NCBI GenBank assembly: GCA_049322215.1
Contig: JBMORU010000001.1
Span: 755 to 64,754 of the forward strand
DNA: 64,000 nt
Direction of reading: 5' to 3'
Origin: Patescibacteria group bacterium
Lineage (GTDB): Bacteria > Patescibacteriota > WWE3 > UBA101185 > UBA10185
A program made the position numbers and the translations under genes. How positions within the stretch are numbered: the first letter of the stretch is position 1; each line of letters starts with the position of its first letter. Positions 38,224 to 47,882 of the stretch are shown here, one piece after another. Under the pieces are notes generated by a model. The model did not search any database and was not told where the DNA came from. It worked only from the letters and a program-made list of their open reading frames with translations.

Positions 38224-40575
38224 ATGGAATCAACCAAGATACAACAAAATAGAGAGACATTCATAGAAATGCTTTTAAATGTATTGCCTACAATACTTGC
38301 ATTTCTTGTGCCAATATTCTTTCTACCATTAACTTCAGAGTTTTTTGAGTTTAATAAATTAATGTTAATAACAGTATCAACAATTTTTATGCTTTTTGTA
38401 TGGGCATTAAAAATGTTATTTAACAAAAAAGTATATATGGCAAAATCAAGTATAGATTTGCCCTTAATGTTACTTACTGTAGTGTTTATACTGGCTACAG
38501 TTTTTTCTATAGATAAAACATCAAGTATTTATGGAAAGTACGGCAGATGGTTTCCTAGTGTTTCCGGTATTATCACACTGGTGTCATTTTATTATGTAGT
38601 TGCATCTAATACCGTAAGTGAAAAAATAATAAAAAATACAGTGTTTGCCTTTATATTTGGTGCAACTATCGCCTCAATTGTTGCTCTACTAAGATATTTT
38701 GGAGTTACATTAGGAAGTGCCGCCTTTTTACAGGCGCCTAATTTTACCCTAACTGGATCTGCCACAAGCACAGTAATACTTGCAGCCTTAGGTGCAGTTT
38801 TATCTGTAGTATTCTTGACTTACGAAAAATCAATAGCAGTTAAAATTCTTCTTGTTCAAACAGCTGCTGTTAACTTTATGGCAGTAGCTTTACTTAACTT
38901 ATTACCCGGCTGGGCAGTGCTAAGCGCTGGTTTATTAGGCTTTTTAATATTTGTTCCTATAAACAAAGCATTAGAAAATAAACAACATTTAACTGCACTG
39001 TTAGGCGTTGGCGTTGCCTTGGTTTTGGCATTACTTTTACCCACTTCAAGAGATTTAGTTGTAAATAATAATTATCCAAAGGAAATAACGTTAGGTGCAA
39101 GAGAATCATGGGTTGTAGCATTATCAACAGTTAGAGACTTCCCTGTGTTAGGATCTGGCCCTTCTACATTTTACTTGAATTTCCCTAGATACAGACCATT
39201 AACGTTAAATACAACAGAATTATGGAATATCAGATTCGATAAACCATTTAACGAAGTATTTGGGATAATGGCTTCTATAGGAATTTTAGGGTTATTAGCT
39301 ACAGCATTCTTTGTTTACAAAACCATTAAATTCTTACTTAATCACAGAGAATTTGAAGACGAAACAGGAACAACAGCAGCATTGAATATAGGAATAATGG
39401 CATTACTAGTTTCGTACGTATTCACCTATGCAACAGTAGTATCTACATTTACACTCTTCCTGTTTTTGGCCATGGCGGTAGCTAAATCAGCTGTTAATGC
39501 TAAATCAAAACATGCTGAAATAGTATTGTTAAGTTTAAGCGCTTCCAGTTTTTCAAGTATGTCAATAATTGGAAGTTTTCAAGACGGAAACAAAAGGGAA
39601 AGCTTACAATACGTTATAGCCTTACCTATGCTATTAGCCTTACTCGCAGGGGGATACTTATCATTTAAGGTATACGCAAGTGAGTACTACACACGTAAAG
39701 CTATTAAATCTTTACAAGCTAATAATGGAACCGCAACATACGATTTCCAAAGCAAAGCTATTAAATATAACCCAAGAAGAGATGTGTATAGAAATGCATA
39801 TGTTCAAACAAACATAGCCCTAGCCAATACATTGGCAGCAAACGAAAACTTGTCAGATAGCGACAAAGCTACAATTCAACAATTAATAGCTCAAGCTATA
39901 CAAGAGACAAGAACTTCAACAGAGGTACTAAACCCACTAAACGTTGGTGCTTGGGAATCAAGAGGTCAAGTTTATAGAGCCTTGATCGGAGTTGCTCAAG
40001 AATCAGATACCTGGGCAATAAGATCATACAGCACGGCAGTGCAGCTAGATCCAACAAACCCAAGGCTAAGAGTTGACCTGGGCGGGATATATTACCTAAA
40101 AGGTGATTACTTATCTGCAGCAAACCTATTCAGAGAAGCAACTAGACTAAAACCTGATTATGCGAATGGCTACTATAACCTAGCTAATGCCTTAAAGCAG
40201 CTTAATGCCCCTCAGGATGCGCTTAAGCAACTTGAGATAGCTCAAAGACTTGTAGAAGCAGGAAGCCCTGATGCTGAAAGAATAGCCGCTGAAATAGAAG
40301 CGTTAAAAGCTAATCCAACAGTTGCTGGAGTAACTACTCAAACTGGCCCAACAGTAGAAGAACTTGCACAACAAGGTTTACCCGAAGAACAAAAAGAAGA
40401 AACCGCACCGCAGGAACCTTTATCTATACCCAGAGAAAATAATTTATTAGAGGCGCAAGACCTTCAAACAAACACTGAAAATAACAGTACTGAGACCGAA
40501 ACAAAATCAGAGGGCACACAGCCTAACGAACAAGAAAACCAACCAATTGAAGTAGTAAACAACGAAAATCAATAA
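38224..40575 (+). CDS. O-antigen ligase-like (Wzy_C) polytopic membrane protein with C-terminal TPR repeats
   Basis: About 12 TM helices with the periplasmic-loop motif RDFPVLGSGPSTF typical of O-antigen ligases. The C-terminal 300 aa carry TPR-like repeats (..YYNLANALKQLNAPQDALKQLEIAQRL..). Confidence 0.55.
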   Translation: MESTKIQQNRETFIEMLLNVLPTILAFLVPIFFLPLTSEFFEFNKLMLITVSTIFMLFVWALKMLFNKKVYMAKSSIDLPLMLLTVVFILATVFSIDKTSSIYGKYGRWFPSVSGIITLVSFYYVVASNTVSEKIIKNTVFAFIFGATIASIVALLRYFGVTLGSAAFLQAPNFTLTGSATSTVILAALGAVLSVVFLTYEKSIAVKILLVQTAAVNFMAVALLNLLPGWAVLSAGLLGFLIFVPINKALENKQHLTALLGVGVALVLALLLPTSRDLVVNNNYPKEITLGARESWVVALSTVRDFPVLGSGPSTFYLNFPRYRPLTLNTTELWNIRFDKPFNEVFGIMASIGILGLLATAFFVYKTIKFLLNHREFEDETGTTAALNIGIMALLVSYVFTYATVVSTFTLFLFLAMAVAKSAVNAKSKHAEIVLLSLSASSFSSMSIIGSFQDGNKRESLQYVIALPMLLALLAGGYLSFKVYASEYYTRKAIKSLQANNGTATYDFQSKAIKYNPRRDVYRNAYVQTNIALANTLAANENLSDSDKATIQQLIAQAIQETRTSTEVLNPLNVGAWESRGQVYRALIGVAQESDTWAIRSYSTAVQLDPTNPRLRVDLGGIYYLKGDYLSAANLFREATRLKPDYANGYYNLANALKQLNAPQDALKQLEIAQRLVEAGSPDAERIAAEIEALKANPTVAGVTTQTGPTVEELAQQGLPEEQKEETAPQEPLSIPRENNLLEAQDLQTNTENNSTETETKSEGTQPNEQENQPIEVVNNENQ

Positions 40576-40593
40576 CAATAACGTAAAACTAAA

Positions 40594-40632
40594 ACCCCCA
40601 AGCATAAAACAAGTTTGGGGGTTTTTTGTTGC
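40594..40632 (+). terminator. Intrinsic terminator
   Basis: CCCCCAA-gcataaaacaag-TTTGGGGG followed by TTTTTTG. Confidence 0.65.
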
Positions 40633-40709
40633 CTCACAAATTTTTAATAAAAAGCCCCCGACTGAAAATATAAATAATCAACCGAGAGCCTATAAAATAA
40701 AAGCGCCTC

Positions 40710-40853
40710 TTAGCTTTTGGTATTGAGTGCTATAACTAACGGGCACTTAGTGCATCCCTTAGCGCAAGTGGGCAATTTCTTTTTTTTCTCTTCTTTCTTT
40801 TCCCCTTTTTCCTCTACAAGGGTACCGTTTGTCATACTTACCTTTGAACTCAT
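40710..40853 (-). CDS. Small (47 aa) Lys/Glu-rich peptide with a C-terminal Cys cluster, possibly a metal-binding miniprotein or RiPP-like precursor
   Basis: MSSKVSMTNGTLVEEKGEKKEEKKKKLPTCAKGCTKCPLVIALNTKS. RBS AAGGAG lies 7 nt upstream of the ATG. It is shorter than the ORF-track M1 start. Confidence 0.35.
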   Translation of the reverse strand: MSSKVSMTNGTLVEEKGEKKEEKKKKLPTCAKGCTKCPLVIALNTKS

Positions 40854-40986
40854 AGCTATCTCCTTTTTTGTGTAGAAAGTAAAATAATTATATAGACGAA
40901 TGTCTATGTGTAAAGGTTTTAAAAATAAAAAAAGCCAACCTTTGAAATCACAATGTATGAATTCAAAAGTTGGCAATAAGTGGTTA

Positions 40987-41247
40987 CTAACGAAGGAGTT
41001 CAATGTCTTCAGCACCAACTTTGGCACCGTAGGCAATTGCTTCCTTCAACGCATACTCAGAAGTTATGGGCTTGTTAGATACTACATCTACCCACCCATC
41101 GTCACCTTTTGTTGCTGTAAAATGCTTTTTTTGCTCAGGATTGAAGGTTACAGTAATACTTGGCCAGCCTTTTTCCCGAGAAAAACAGTCAACGAAGGCA
41201 GCGTCAGTTGAAACTTCAAAGCTTTGTTGCCCAATAAAATATTTCAT
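40987..41247 (-). CDS. Hypothetical protein (86 aa)
   Basis: Strong RBS AAGAGGA 5 nt upstream of the ATG. The third gene of a three-gene minus-strand operon. Confidence 0.5.
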   Translation of the reverse strand: MKYFIGQQSFEVSTDAAFVDCFSREKGWPSITVTFNPEQKKHFTATKGDDGWVDVVSNKPITSEYALKEAIAYGAKVGAEDIELLR

Positions 41248-41256
41248 TTGATCCTC

Positions 41257-41412
41257 TTTACTTTGGTTTTTTTGTTAAATCGCCACCGCAGTTGGGACAA
41301 AATTTCTTCTTTTTGGGAACGTTGAACAGCCTTCTGCAATGAGGACAACGCTTAGCACCCTTACGTACAATGGGTACAGGTCTAATTGGAGCGCCGGGTA
41401 TTTCAAGTGGCA
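41257..41412 (-). CDS. Zinc-ribbon miniprotein (51 aa), not in the ORF track because it is under 60 aa
   Basis: Own translation: MPLEIPGAPIRPVPIVRKGAKRCPHCRRLFNVPKKKKFCPNCGGDLTKKPK with CPHC...CPNC. GAGAGG lies 5 nt upstream of the ATG. Start and stop are coupled to the upstream gene (TAAaaATG). GC-rich. Confidence 0.4.
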
Positions 41413-41414
41413 TT

Positions 41415-41891
41415 TTAACCTCTCAAGTTTTTGATCCAGGCCATCAGGGCTTGGGGAGCGCTTGTTAAAGGTAATCTGTACAGGAAAATTCCCGCAGGTT
41501 CCTCGTAGCGCTCAAAAACCATATTGTACAAAGGCATACCGTTTTTACCCCACCTAGCTACCCAGTCGGGACTGTTGAATTCGGTCTCAAGCCAAAGTCG
41601 ATGTGTAGGGTACCGTCGCGTTTCGGTTAGAAAAATGTGTACCTTATCCGCTTGGGTCATAATTTTGACTTTTGCAGGACGGCCAAAAACAGCATGAAAA
41701 GAACCTTGCTGCTTGTCAACCCAGGCAATTGTGGCAGAACGACCATCTATTACTAACAAATGGCGGTTCTTAGCTACATGAAGGATAGGATATCCCGAAG
41801 GGGATCTTTCATCTGCCAATACCGCACCGCGTGTCCCTGCAAGCAAAGGCAAGGCAACCGTTTCGGCTACAGTTTTTGCAAGTCTGCTCAT
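41415..41891 (-). CDS. Hypothetical protein (158 aa), GC-rich (about 55%) relative to the neighbourhood
   Basis: Long ORF with strongly different base composition from flanking genes. No domain recognised. Confidence 0.5.
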   Translation of the reverse strand: MSRLAKTVAETVALPLLAGTRGAVLADERSPSGYPILHVAKNRHLLVIDGRSATIAWVDKQQGSFHAVFGRPAKVKIMTQADKVHIFLTETRRYPTHRLWLETEFNSPDWVARWGKNGMPLYNMVFERYEEPAGIFLYRLPLTSAPQALMAWIKNLRG

Positions 41892-42211
41892 TTTTATCTC
41901 CTTATTTATTGATTTAGGGCTATATTTAAACCCATTCTTTAGTGATATTTATGACAAATTATACATGAAATTGCATATTAAAGCAACCTATAGTGTTAGA
42001 ACCCACCACTGTTTTTAATAATAAGTAGAAAACAAACACACAAATAAGAATTTTGTTGAAGAACTTAAAAAACTCTAAATGAATATAAGAAAATATAAAA
42101 CCTTGGTGAACCGCAATGTGGAATATTTTTATCTTAAGTTCATATTGGCAACAATTGTAGACAACCCTGATGCTATAGGGTATACTACAATCATATTCTG
42201 GAGGTAAAAAA

Positions 42212-42559
42212 ATGAAAGATGACAAAGGCTGGAACAAATATGGACCAAAAACCTTTAACGGGATAGAGGTACGTATGGCGCTTTTAAACGAAATTTGTGG
42301 GTTTGTTATTATAGAGGTATCCCAAAACAGAGACCCTAAAATAACTGATTTTGAAGGATCAATGAGAGAAGCAGTAACCGAGATGGAACTGGAAGCTTTA
42401 ATTGATGCTTTTAAAACCTTCGCAAAGCACTGGTTGTCATTTGAAGCGCCTAGACCAAAGATTGTTGGAAACTTCAAGAAACTTTTTGAACCTTTGGCAC
42501 TGCTTGATTTTGAGAACTTGCCTGCACAAATTAAAGCTTTTGACTTTTCAACACTGTAA
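42212..42559 (+). CDS. Hypothetical protein (115 aa)
   Basis: RBS GGAGGT 8 nt upstream of the ATG. Coding-like composition. Confidence 0.5.
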   Translation: MKDDKGWNKYGPKTFNGIEVRMALLNEICGFVIIEVSQNRDPKITDFEGSMREAVTEMELEALIDAFKTFAKHWLSFEAPRPKIVGNFKKLFEPLALLDFENLPAQIKAFDFSTL

Positions 42560-42766
42560 TATTTATACCTGTAAAGTTTTCTTTAAAAACCTAGGAGAAC
42601 TTTGCAGGTATTTTTTTTTAATTGGAAGGAAGTATAGAAAAACCTCAAACTTTGAGGGCAATTCATCACTATAAGTTAGGCTATACATTAATGCAATGTC
42701 ACATATCCTAGCAAAACTAGAAATCCCTTTAGTGCATAAATACTAAGCATATGAGATCATTGCACT

Positions 42767-43018
42767 GTGTATTACAAAGTAAAAATTAAAACTATGAAGT
42801 ATATAGTGCTTACCTACTGTGTTTTGACGAAAAATATAGCGGGAGCTATGAAAATGTATGAGAAACTTTTCAATAAATACCTATCTAAAGTAGACACACC
42901 TGAAGCATTTGATATATGGAAGGATATACAAGAAACAAACCTCGGAAAAACTTTTAATAATAGGTTAGGAAACCAGAATGCCAGTGAGAATTTTGTAGAA
43001 AAACTTAAAAAACTATAA
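42767..43018 (+). CDS. Hypothetical small protein (start uncertain)
   Basis: ORF only. Possibly starts at the internal Met (MKMYEKL). Confidence 0.3.
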   Translation: MYYKVKIKTMKYIVLTYCVLTKNIAGAMKMYEKLFNKYLSKVDTPEAFDIWKDIQETNLGKTFNNRLGNQNASENFVEKLKKL

Positions 43019-43020
43019 CT

Positions 43021-43320
43021 TTACAGTTTTATTGACTCCAAGTCCCCAGATTCCAAATGGAACAAAATATCACACAGTGGATATACAGAGGTTTTTAGCA
43101 TGTGGTGAATTGGCTCGGCTTCAAAAATGTTACCAATTTCATAGGCAACCATATCAGGCAACTCCCCCGCGTACCACTCCTTATAAACATTCGTAAGAAA
43201 CGTATCGGTCTTGGAAACGTTTTCAGCAGACAAGTTGGTAAGATCAAGATTGCTCTTCTTAATATAATTAAGGGCATCTTCAGAAAACTTTTCTATTTGT
43301 GCATCGGTAAATAAATTCAT
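43021..43320 (-). CDS. Hypothetical protein (99 aa)
   Basis: ORF with coding-like composition adjacent to the tRNA-Ala 3' end. Confidence 0.4.
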   Translation of the reverse strand: MNLFTDAQIEKFSEDALNYIKKSNLDLTNLSAENVSKTDTFLTNVYKEWYAGELPDMVAYEIGNIFEAEPIHHMLKTSVYPLCDILFHLESGDLESIKL

Positions 43321-43389
43321 AGTAATTCAATAATATACTACTAAATAAGTAAAAAGAAATGTTAAAAACTCTAAGGAAATGTAAGAAAA

Positions 43390-43465
43390 CATGAGGTCAT
43401 GGTGGACCGTACCGGGTTCGAACCGGTGACCTCTACTATGCCATAGTAGCGCTCTACCAACTGAG
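43390..43465 (-). tRNA. tRNA-Ala (anticodon GGC)
   Basis: Acceptor GGGCCGT/ACGGTCC with the diagnostic G3-U70 pair. D-arm GCTC-AGTTGGTA-GAGC. Anticodon stem CTACT/AGTAG with loop AUGGCAU. T-arm ACCGG-TTCGAAC-CCGGT. Discriminator A and CCA are encoded. Confidence 0.85.
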
Positions 43466-43538
43466 CTAACGGCCCTCACCTTAATTTAACTTTGCGCTAC
43501 GACTGCCTACGGCAGTCTAATGCGCTCTACCAACTGAG
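43466..43538 (-). pseudogene. tRNA-Ala 5'-half pseudo-copy: acceptor 5' strand plus complete D-arm (27 nt identical to the functional gene), followed by an unrelated 7-bp hairpin instead of anticodon and T arms
   Basis: GGGCCGTTAGCTCAGTTGGTAGAGCGC is repeated exactly at 43512-43538. Downstream there is no TpsiC loop and no 3' acceptor strand. It contains the hairpin GACTGCC-gta-GGCAGTC. Confidence 0.5.
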
Positions 43539-43561
43539 CTAACGGCCCACAAGTAAAAACA

Positions 43562-44722
43562 CTAAGATCCTGGAGCCTCATCACCTTTATACATATCTTC
43601 TACCTCGTCACTAAAAACCATGCGTTTATTAGGTAGGTTTTCAATGGTATACATTTTAACAGGTTTCTCTGCTTCAAAGGTAACTACTTCAGGTAAAGTA
43701 TCAATTATTGATAAAACTTCTTCTTCAAGTTTTTCTAAACCAACTCCAGCCACTGCGGAAATGCCAAATACCGTAACACCTAGTTTTTCAAACTCTTTCC
43801 CTATTTGTTCAAAACTTTCATTAATTTCGGTAATATCTATTTTATTAATTACAACTATTTCCTTCTTTTTTTGCAAATCTGCATCATAATCTCCAAGTTC
43901 TTTTCTTATTATTCTGTAAGATTCTAATGCATTCATCACTAAGTCTTTTTCACTGATAGCTAACGGATCAATCATATGTATCAGCATTCGAGTTCGTTCT
44001 ATATGGCGTAAGAAATCATCCCCTAAACCTTTTCCTTCAGAAGCCCCTTCAATTAAACCAGGAATATCAGCGACAATTACTGACTTACCGCTTTTAAGCT
44101 TCCACAAGCCTAAGTTTGGATGAATAGTTGTAAACGGATAACTGGCAGTTTTCGCATTAGAGGATGTTAAATGGTTTACTAATGTACTCTTTCCAGCATT
44201 AGGCATTCCAACTAAACCAATATCAGCAATTAGTTTTATTTCAAGTCTAATTGTCTTTCTTTGTCCTTCTTTGCCTTTTGTAAATTGTGTGGGAGTTCTA
44301 TTTGTAGAACTTTTAAAACGCTCATTTCCTTTACCACCACGCCCACCTTCGGCAATGAGTAAAGTTTGCTCATGCATAACTAAATCGCCAACTAATACTT
44401 CTTCACCGTTTTCACGTACTTCATAAATTAAAGTGCCCACAGGAAGTTTAATTATTAAGTCATCACCTGACTTTCCATGACGTTTCTTTTTTCCGCCTTC
44501 TCCACCTTCTTCAGCTTTATATTTAGGCTTTGCTCTAAAATCCATTAACGTGGCCATGTTATGGTCAGCTACAAAATAAACATTGCCCCCGTTACCCCCG
44601 TCACCTCCATCGGGGCCACCACGAGGTATGTATTTTTCTCTACGAAAAGACACTTTGCCATCACCACCCTTACCGGCAGTTACTTCTATTATAGCTGTAT
44701 CAATTAGCTTATTTTGTTTCAT
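43562..44722 (-). CDS. obg: GTPase Obg/CgtA
   Basis: Gly-rich Obg fold TAGKGGDGKVSFRREKYIPRGGPDGGDGGNGGNVYF. G1 motif GMPNAGKST. Confidence 0.85.
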   Translation of the reverse strand: MKQNKLIDTAIIEVTAGKGGDGKVSFRREKYIPRGGPDGGDGGNGGNVYFVADHNMATLMDFRAKPKYKAEEGGEGGKKKRHGKSGDDLIIKLPVGTLIYEVRENGEEVLVGDLVMHEQTLLIAEGGRGGKGNERFKSSTNRTPTQFTKGKEGQRKTIRLEIKLIADIGLVGMPNAGKSTLVNHLTSSNAKTASYPFTTIHPNLGLWKLKSGKSVIVADIPGLIEGASEGKGLGDDFLRHIERTRMLIHMIDPLAISEKDLVMNALESYRIIRKELGDYDADLQKKKEIVVINKIDITEINESFEQIGKEFEKLGVTVFGISAVAGVGLEKLEEEVLSIIDTLPEVVTFEAEKPVKMYTIENLPNKRMVFSDEVEDMYKGDEAPGS

Positions 44723-44737
44723 AAATGGATTTTAGCA

Positions 44738-45934
44738 TTAATTTGTATAATTTAATGGATTCTGAGCTACACCATTATACTTAATTATATAGTGAACGTG
44801 AGGACCAGTAGAACGCCCGGTATTACCCATTAAGCCTAAAACAGACCCTCTACCTACTTCTTGACCATAACCAACATCAACACGGCTCATATGCCCATAC
44901 ACTGTGCTATAACCGTTTCCATGATCTACTTCTACATGAAGCCCCAACCCCCAAGGATCCCAACCAGATCTTGTAACAACACCACCTGTACAAGAATAAA
45001 TAGGAGGCATACCTTGACCCCAAGGAACAGCAATATCCACCCCATTGTGATACCAAGAAAAATACTGAGTAATAATTCTTGTAGTTGTTGGCCATACACA
45101 ACCAAATGATCCACTTGGAGGCGTAAACGAAGGCGCTGTAAATTGTGCAGGAATTGTTGGTACTATAACCGGCTGCGGAACCTTAGCATCTGGAATAACT
45201 AATTCGGTACCTAACGCAAGACTAGATGTATCTATAATATAGTTAAAGTCAGCAATAGCTTGCTCGGCAACAGAGTATTTTTTAGCAATTGACGCTAAGG
45301 AATCACCTTTTTCAACCGTGTGTATTAATCCCGAAACAGGAGGAATAGTTAATTCCTGCCCTACTTTTAGTATAGTGTTATCAGATAAACCATTAACATA
45401 CTCTAAAGCCGCTACCGATATTTTATATCGATTACCAATAGAAGATAAGGTATCACCTGCCGCTACAGTATATGTAAAAGGTTGATTACGTTTTCTACTT
45501 TCTGGTACTACGGTAGTAGCCATGTTTGATGGAGGAATTATATCTGATACTGTAGACAAATAGTCGGGATTGATTTCTTGACTAACAACAAACTTAGAAC
45601 TGTTAAAAACTTCTCCAAACATAAAAACAATAAGTGCCACCACCATTACAATAAAGTTTGCAATTGGTCTGCCCAATCTTCCTCTCGACCAAATAAGCTT
45701 TCGTACTAAATATCTTTTTGCTTCTCTAGAATACTTGTTACTTAAGTAAACTGAATTTCCAAACAAGTAAAAAACCCCTCGTGTGCGTTTAGCAATGTAA
45801 CTTGCAAAGGCATTAAAAAAACGGGCTACTAAGTGCAAAAAATATGGAATTTTATCAGGTCTTTTCGGTTTCAACCCTTCAAAGGTTAGCTTAACGGTAC
45901 GTTGCGAAATAGACCGTCTAATTATTCGAATCAT
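44738..45934 (-). CDS. LysM-domain M23 family metallopeptidase (cell-wall endopeptidase), membrane anchored
   Basis: Two LysM repeats (YTVAAGDTLSSIGNRY.., HTVEKGDSLASIAKKY..). The M23 motifs HNGVDIA and GNTGRSTGPHVHY are present. Confidence 0.8.
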   Translation of the reverse strand: MIRIIRRSISQRTVKLTFEGLKPKRPDKIPYFLHLVARFFNAFASYIAKRTRGVFYLFGNSVYLSNKYSREAKRYLVRKLIWSRGRLGRPIANFIVMVVALIVFMFGEVFNSSKFVVSQEINPDYLSTVSDIIPPSNMATTVVPESRKRNQPFTYTVAAGDTLSSIGNRYKISVAALEYVNGLSDNTILKVGQELTIPPVSGLIHTVEKGDSLASIAKKYSVAEQAIADFNYIIDTSSLALGTELVIPDAKVPQPVIVPTIPAQFTAPSFTPPSGSFGCVWPTTTRIITQYFSWYHNGVDIAVPWGQGMPPIYSCTGGVVTRSGWDPWGLGLHVEVDHGNGYSTVYGHMSRVDVGYGQEVGRGSVLGLMGNTGRSTGPHVHYIIKYNGVAQNPLNYTN

Positions 45935-46033
45935 AATAACACTGAGAGATGTGCAATGAATATTTTAACAGTTTATACAAGCATCCACAACTTAAACAAA
46001 CGTTATTACTGTAGGGTAAAGTTAAAGCGAAGA

Positions 46034-46573
46034 CTAGTTAAGGTCGCAGCGAACTTTTTCTTCAAAAGTAGCTAAAGCAGGTTTTCGATACTTAAGCAAA
46101 TAAATTCCGTAAGAAATTAAAGATAAAGAAACTATATATAAAACTATTTGGCTAGAGCCCGTGTCAGGTACAGGAGTTGTACTTTCAGATGTTTCTTCCG
46201 TAACAGTTGTAGTTTCTGTAGTATCAGGTAAAGATTGACCTGTATGCAGTGTAAAAGCAATAGTTTCGCCACCTGAAGATAAAAAGCTTACTGAGTGATC
46301 ACCTGTTTCTAATGTAGAGGCGTATGCCCATATACCAGAGCTGTCTGCTGAAGTAGTAGAAGACTCACCATTTATAGTAACTGTTATTGTAGATCCAGGG
46401 TCTGCTATTCCTGTGAATAATGGATTTATTCCGGTATACCACCAATCGGTGTAATTCGCTCCATTTGTATTTAAAGATCCAATAGTTAAAAGCTCAAAAT
46501 CGGCAGCAAAAACCGGAAAGGCAGTACTTAATAAAAACAATATAACAATCAGTGTAGCGCAAATTCTCTTCAT
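46034..46573 (-). CDS. Secreted S/T-rich surface protein with a C-terminal sortase sorting signal variant (VPDTG, hydrophobic helix, KYRK, then a 15-aa tail)
   Basis: N-terminal signal peptide ending at AFPVFA. The C-terminus reads TPVPDTGSSQIVLYIVSLSLISYGIYLLKYRK. Confidence 0.5.
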   Translation of the reverse strand: MKRICATLIVILFLLSTAFPVFAADFELLTIGSLNTNGANYTDWWYTGINPLFTGIADPGSTITVTINGESSTTSADSSGIWAYASTLETGDHSVSFLSSGGETIAFTLHTGQSLPDTTETTTVTEETSESTTPVPDTGSSQIVLYIVSLSLISYGIYLLKYRKPALATFEEKVRCDLN

Positions 46574-46619
46574 ACTTACATAAGTCTAGTAACTTAAAAT
46601 CACGGTGTCAATTAGTATT

Positions 46620-47882
46620 TTAACTAGCTTGATGTAAAGTTTGTAAGAATTCGGCGTTTGTCTTAGTTTTTCTTAATCTTTGAACAACTAAATCAGTACT
46701 TTCTCTATCGTCTAACAAGTCGATCATGCGACGTAGTTTGTACACACTTTCTAATTGAACCTCGCTGTATAATTTTTCTTCATGTCTAGTACCACTAGCT
46801 TTAATATTAATTGCGGGATATATACGACGCTCCGCTAATCCTCTGTCTAAACGCAACTCCATATTTCCAGTTCCTTTAAACTCTTCAAAAATCACATCAT
46901 CCATTCTAGAACCTGTTTCAACCAAAGCTGTAGCAATAATAGTTAAACTGCCTCCTTCTTCAAAGTTACGTGCAGCACCAAAAAAATGCTTTGGCGGATA
47001 TAAAGCAGAAGGATCAAAACCACCGGTTAAGGTTCTACCTGAAGGAGGAACTACCATATTGTATGCACGGGCTAATCTTGTTAAAGAGTCCATTAAAATA
47101 ACAACATCCCTTCCGCTTTCAGCTAATCTTTTTGCTCTTTCAAGTGTTATTTCTGCTATGCGTGTTTGCTGTTCTGCAGATTCGTCAAAGTTACTGGCAT
47201 AAACTTCTCCCTGTACGTTTCTTTTCATATCGGTAACCTCTTCAGGACGTTCCCCAATTAATGCCACCATTAACGCTACGTCTGGGTAATTATTTGTTAT
47301 ACCATTAGCTATATCTTTTAATAGCCAGGTTTTACCTGCTTTTGGAGGAGCTACTATCATAGCACGTTGCCCTTTACCTATTGGGGCAACTAAATCTATA
47401 AGGCGTGTAGAAAGAATATTTGACTTAGTTTCAAGCTTCATCCATACATTTGGGAATATTGGAGTTAATCTTGAAAATAAAGGCCTCTTTTTTGCCTCTT
47501 CAAGAGGCATACCATCAACTTCAACAACTTTTAGCATAGATAAATAGCGTTCGCCTTCTTTTGGAGGACGCGCAACACCTTTTACATGGTCGCCCATACG
47601 TAAACCGCAACTTTTAATTTGAGATTGACTCACATACACATCTTTAGGAAGGTCTTCCTCTACTTTCTCTTCTTGTCTTAAAACACCATAATCAGGCAAT
47701 ATTTCTAAAACACCCATTACTTCAACGGTATCCCCCTCAAAACGGTTACCTCCATTATTAGAGCCATTTCTCGTTGTAGAAGAACGGGTCGAAACAACAC
47801 GTTTTACGGCAGAAGATCTACCGTTACTAGAATTATTCGAATTTCTGGAATTATCTGAATTTGTCTTTGTAGTTCTTGGCAT
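46620..47882 (-). CDS. rho: Transcription termination factor Rho with an N-terminal Asn/Ser-rich insertion
   Basis: RNA-binding N-domain. Walker A GQRAMIVAPPKAGKT. The C-terminal RecA-like domain carries Rho Q/R loops. Confidence 0.85.
   Translation of the reverse strand: MPRTTKTNSDNSRNSNNSSNGRSSAVKRVVSTRSSTTRNGSNNGGNRFEGDTVEVMGVLEILPDYGVLRQEEKVEEDLPKDVYVSQSQIKSCGLRMGDHVKGVARPPKEGERYLSMLKVVEVDGMPLEEAKKRPLFSRLTPIFPNVWMKLETKSNILSTRLIDLVAPIGKGQRAMIVAPPKAGKTWLLKDIANGITNNYPDVALMVALIGERPEEVTDMKRNVQGEVYASNFDESAEQQTRIAEITLERAKRLAESGRDVVILMDSLTRLARAYNMVVPPSGRTLTGGFDPSALYPPKHFFGAARNFEEGGSLTIIATALVETGSRMDDVIFEEFKGTGNMELRLDRGLAERRIYPAINIKASGTRHEEKLYSEVQLESVYKLRRMIDLLDDRESTDLVVQRLRKTKTNAEFLQTLHQAS

Noticed and set aside
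41959-42477. 172-aa minus-strand ORF overlapping the start of the 42212 plus-strand gene
   Set aside because: Low-complexity hydrophobic translation spanning a divergent promoter region. The overlapping plus-strand gene has a strong RBS and coding-like composition.
43466-43538. 73-nt segment upstream of tRNA-Ala as a second complete tRNA, including intron-containing or permuted forms
   Set aside because: Only the acceptor 5' strand and D-arm are present. There is no T-loop (GTTCRA) and no 3' acceptor strand complementary to GGGCCGT, so it is called a pseudo-copy.
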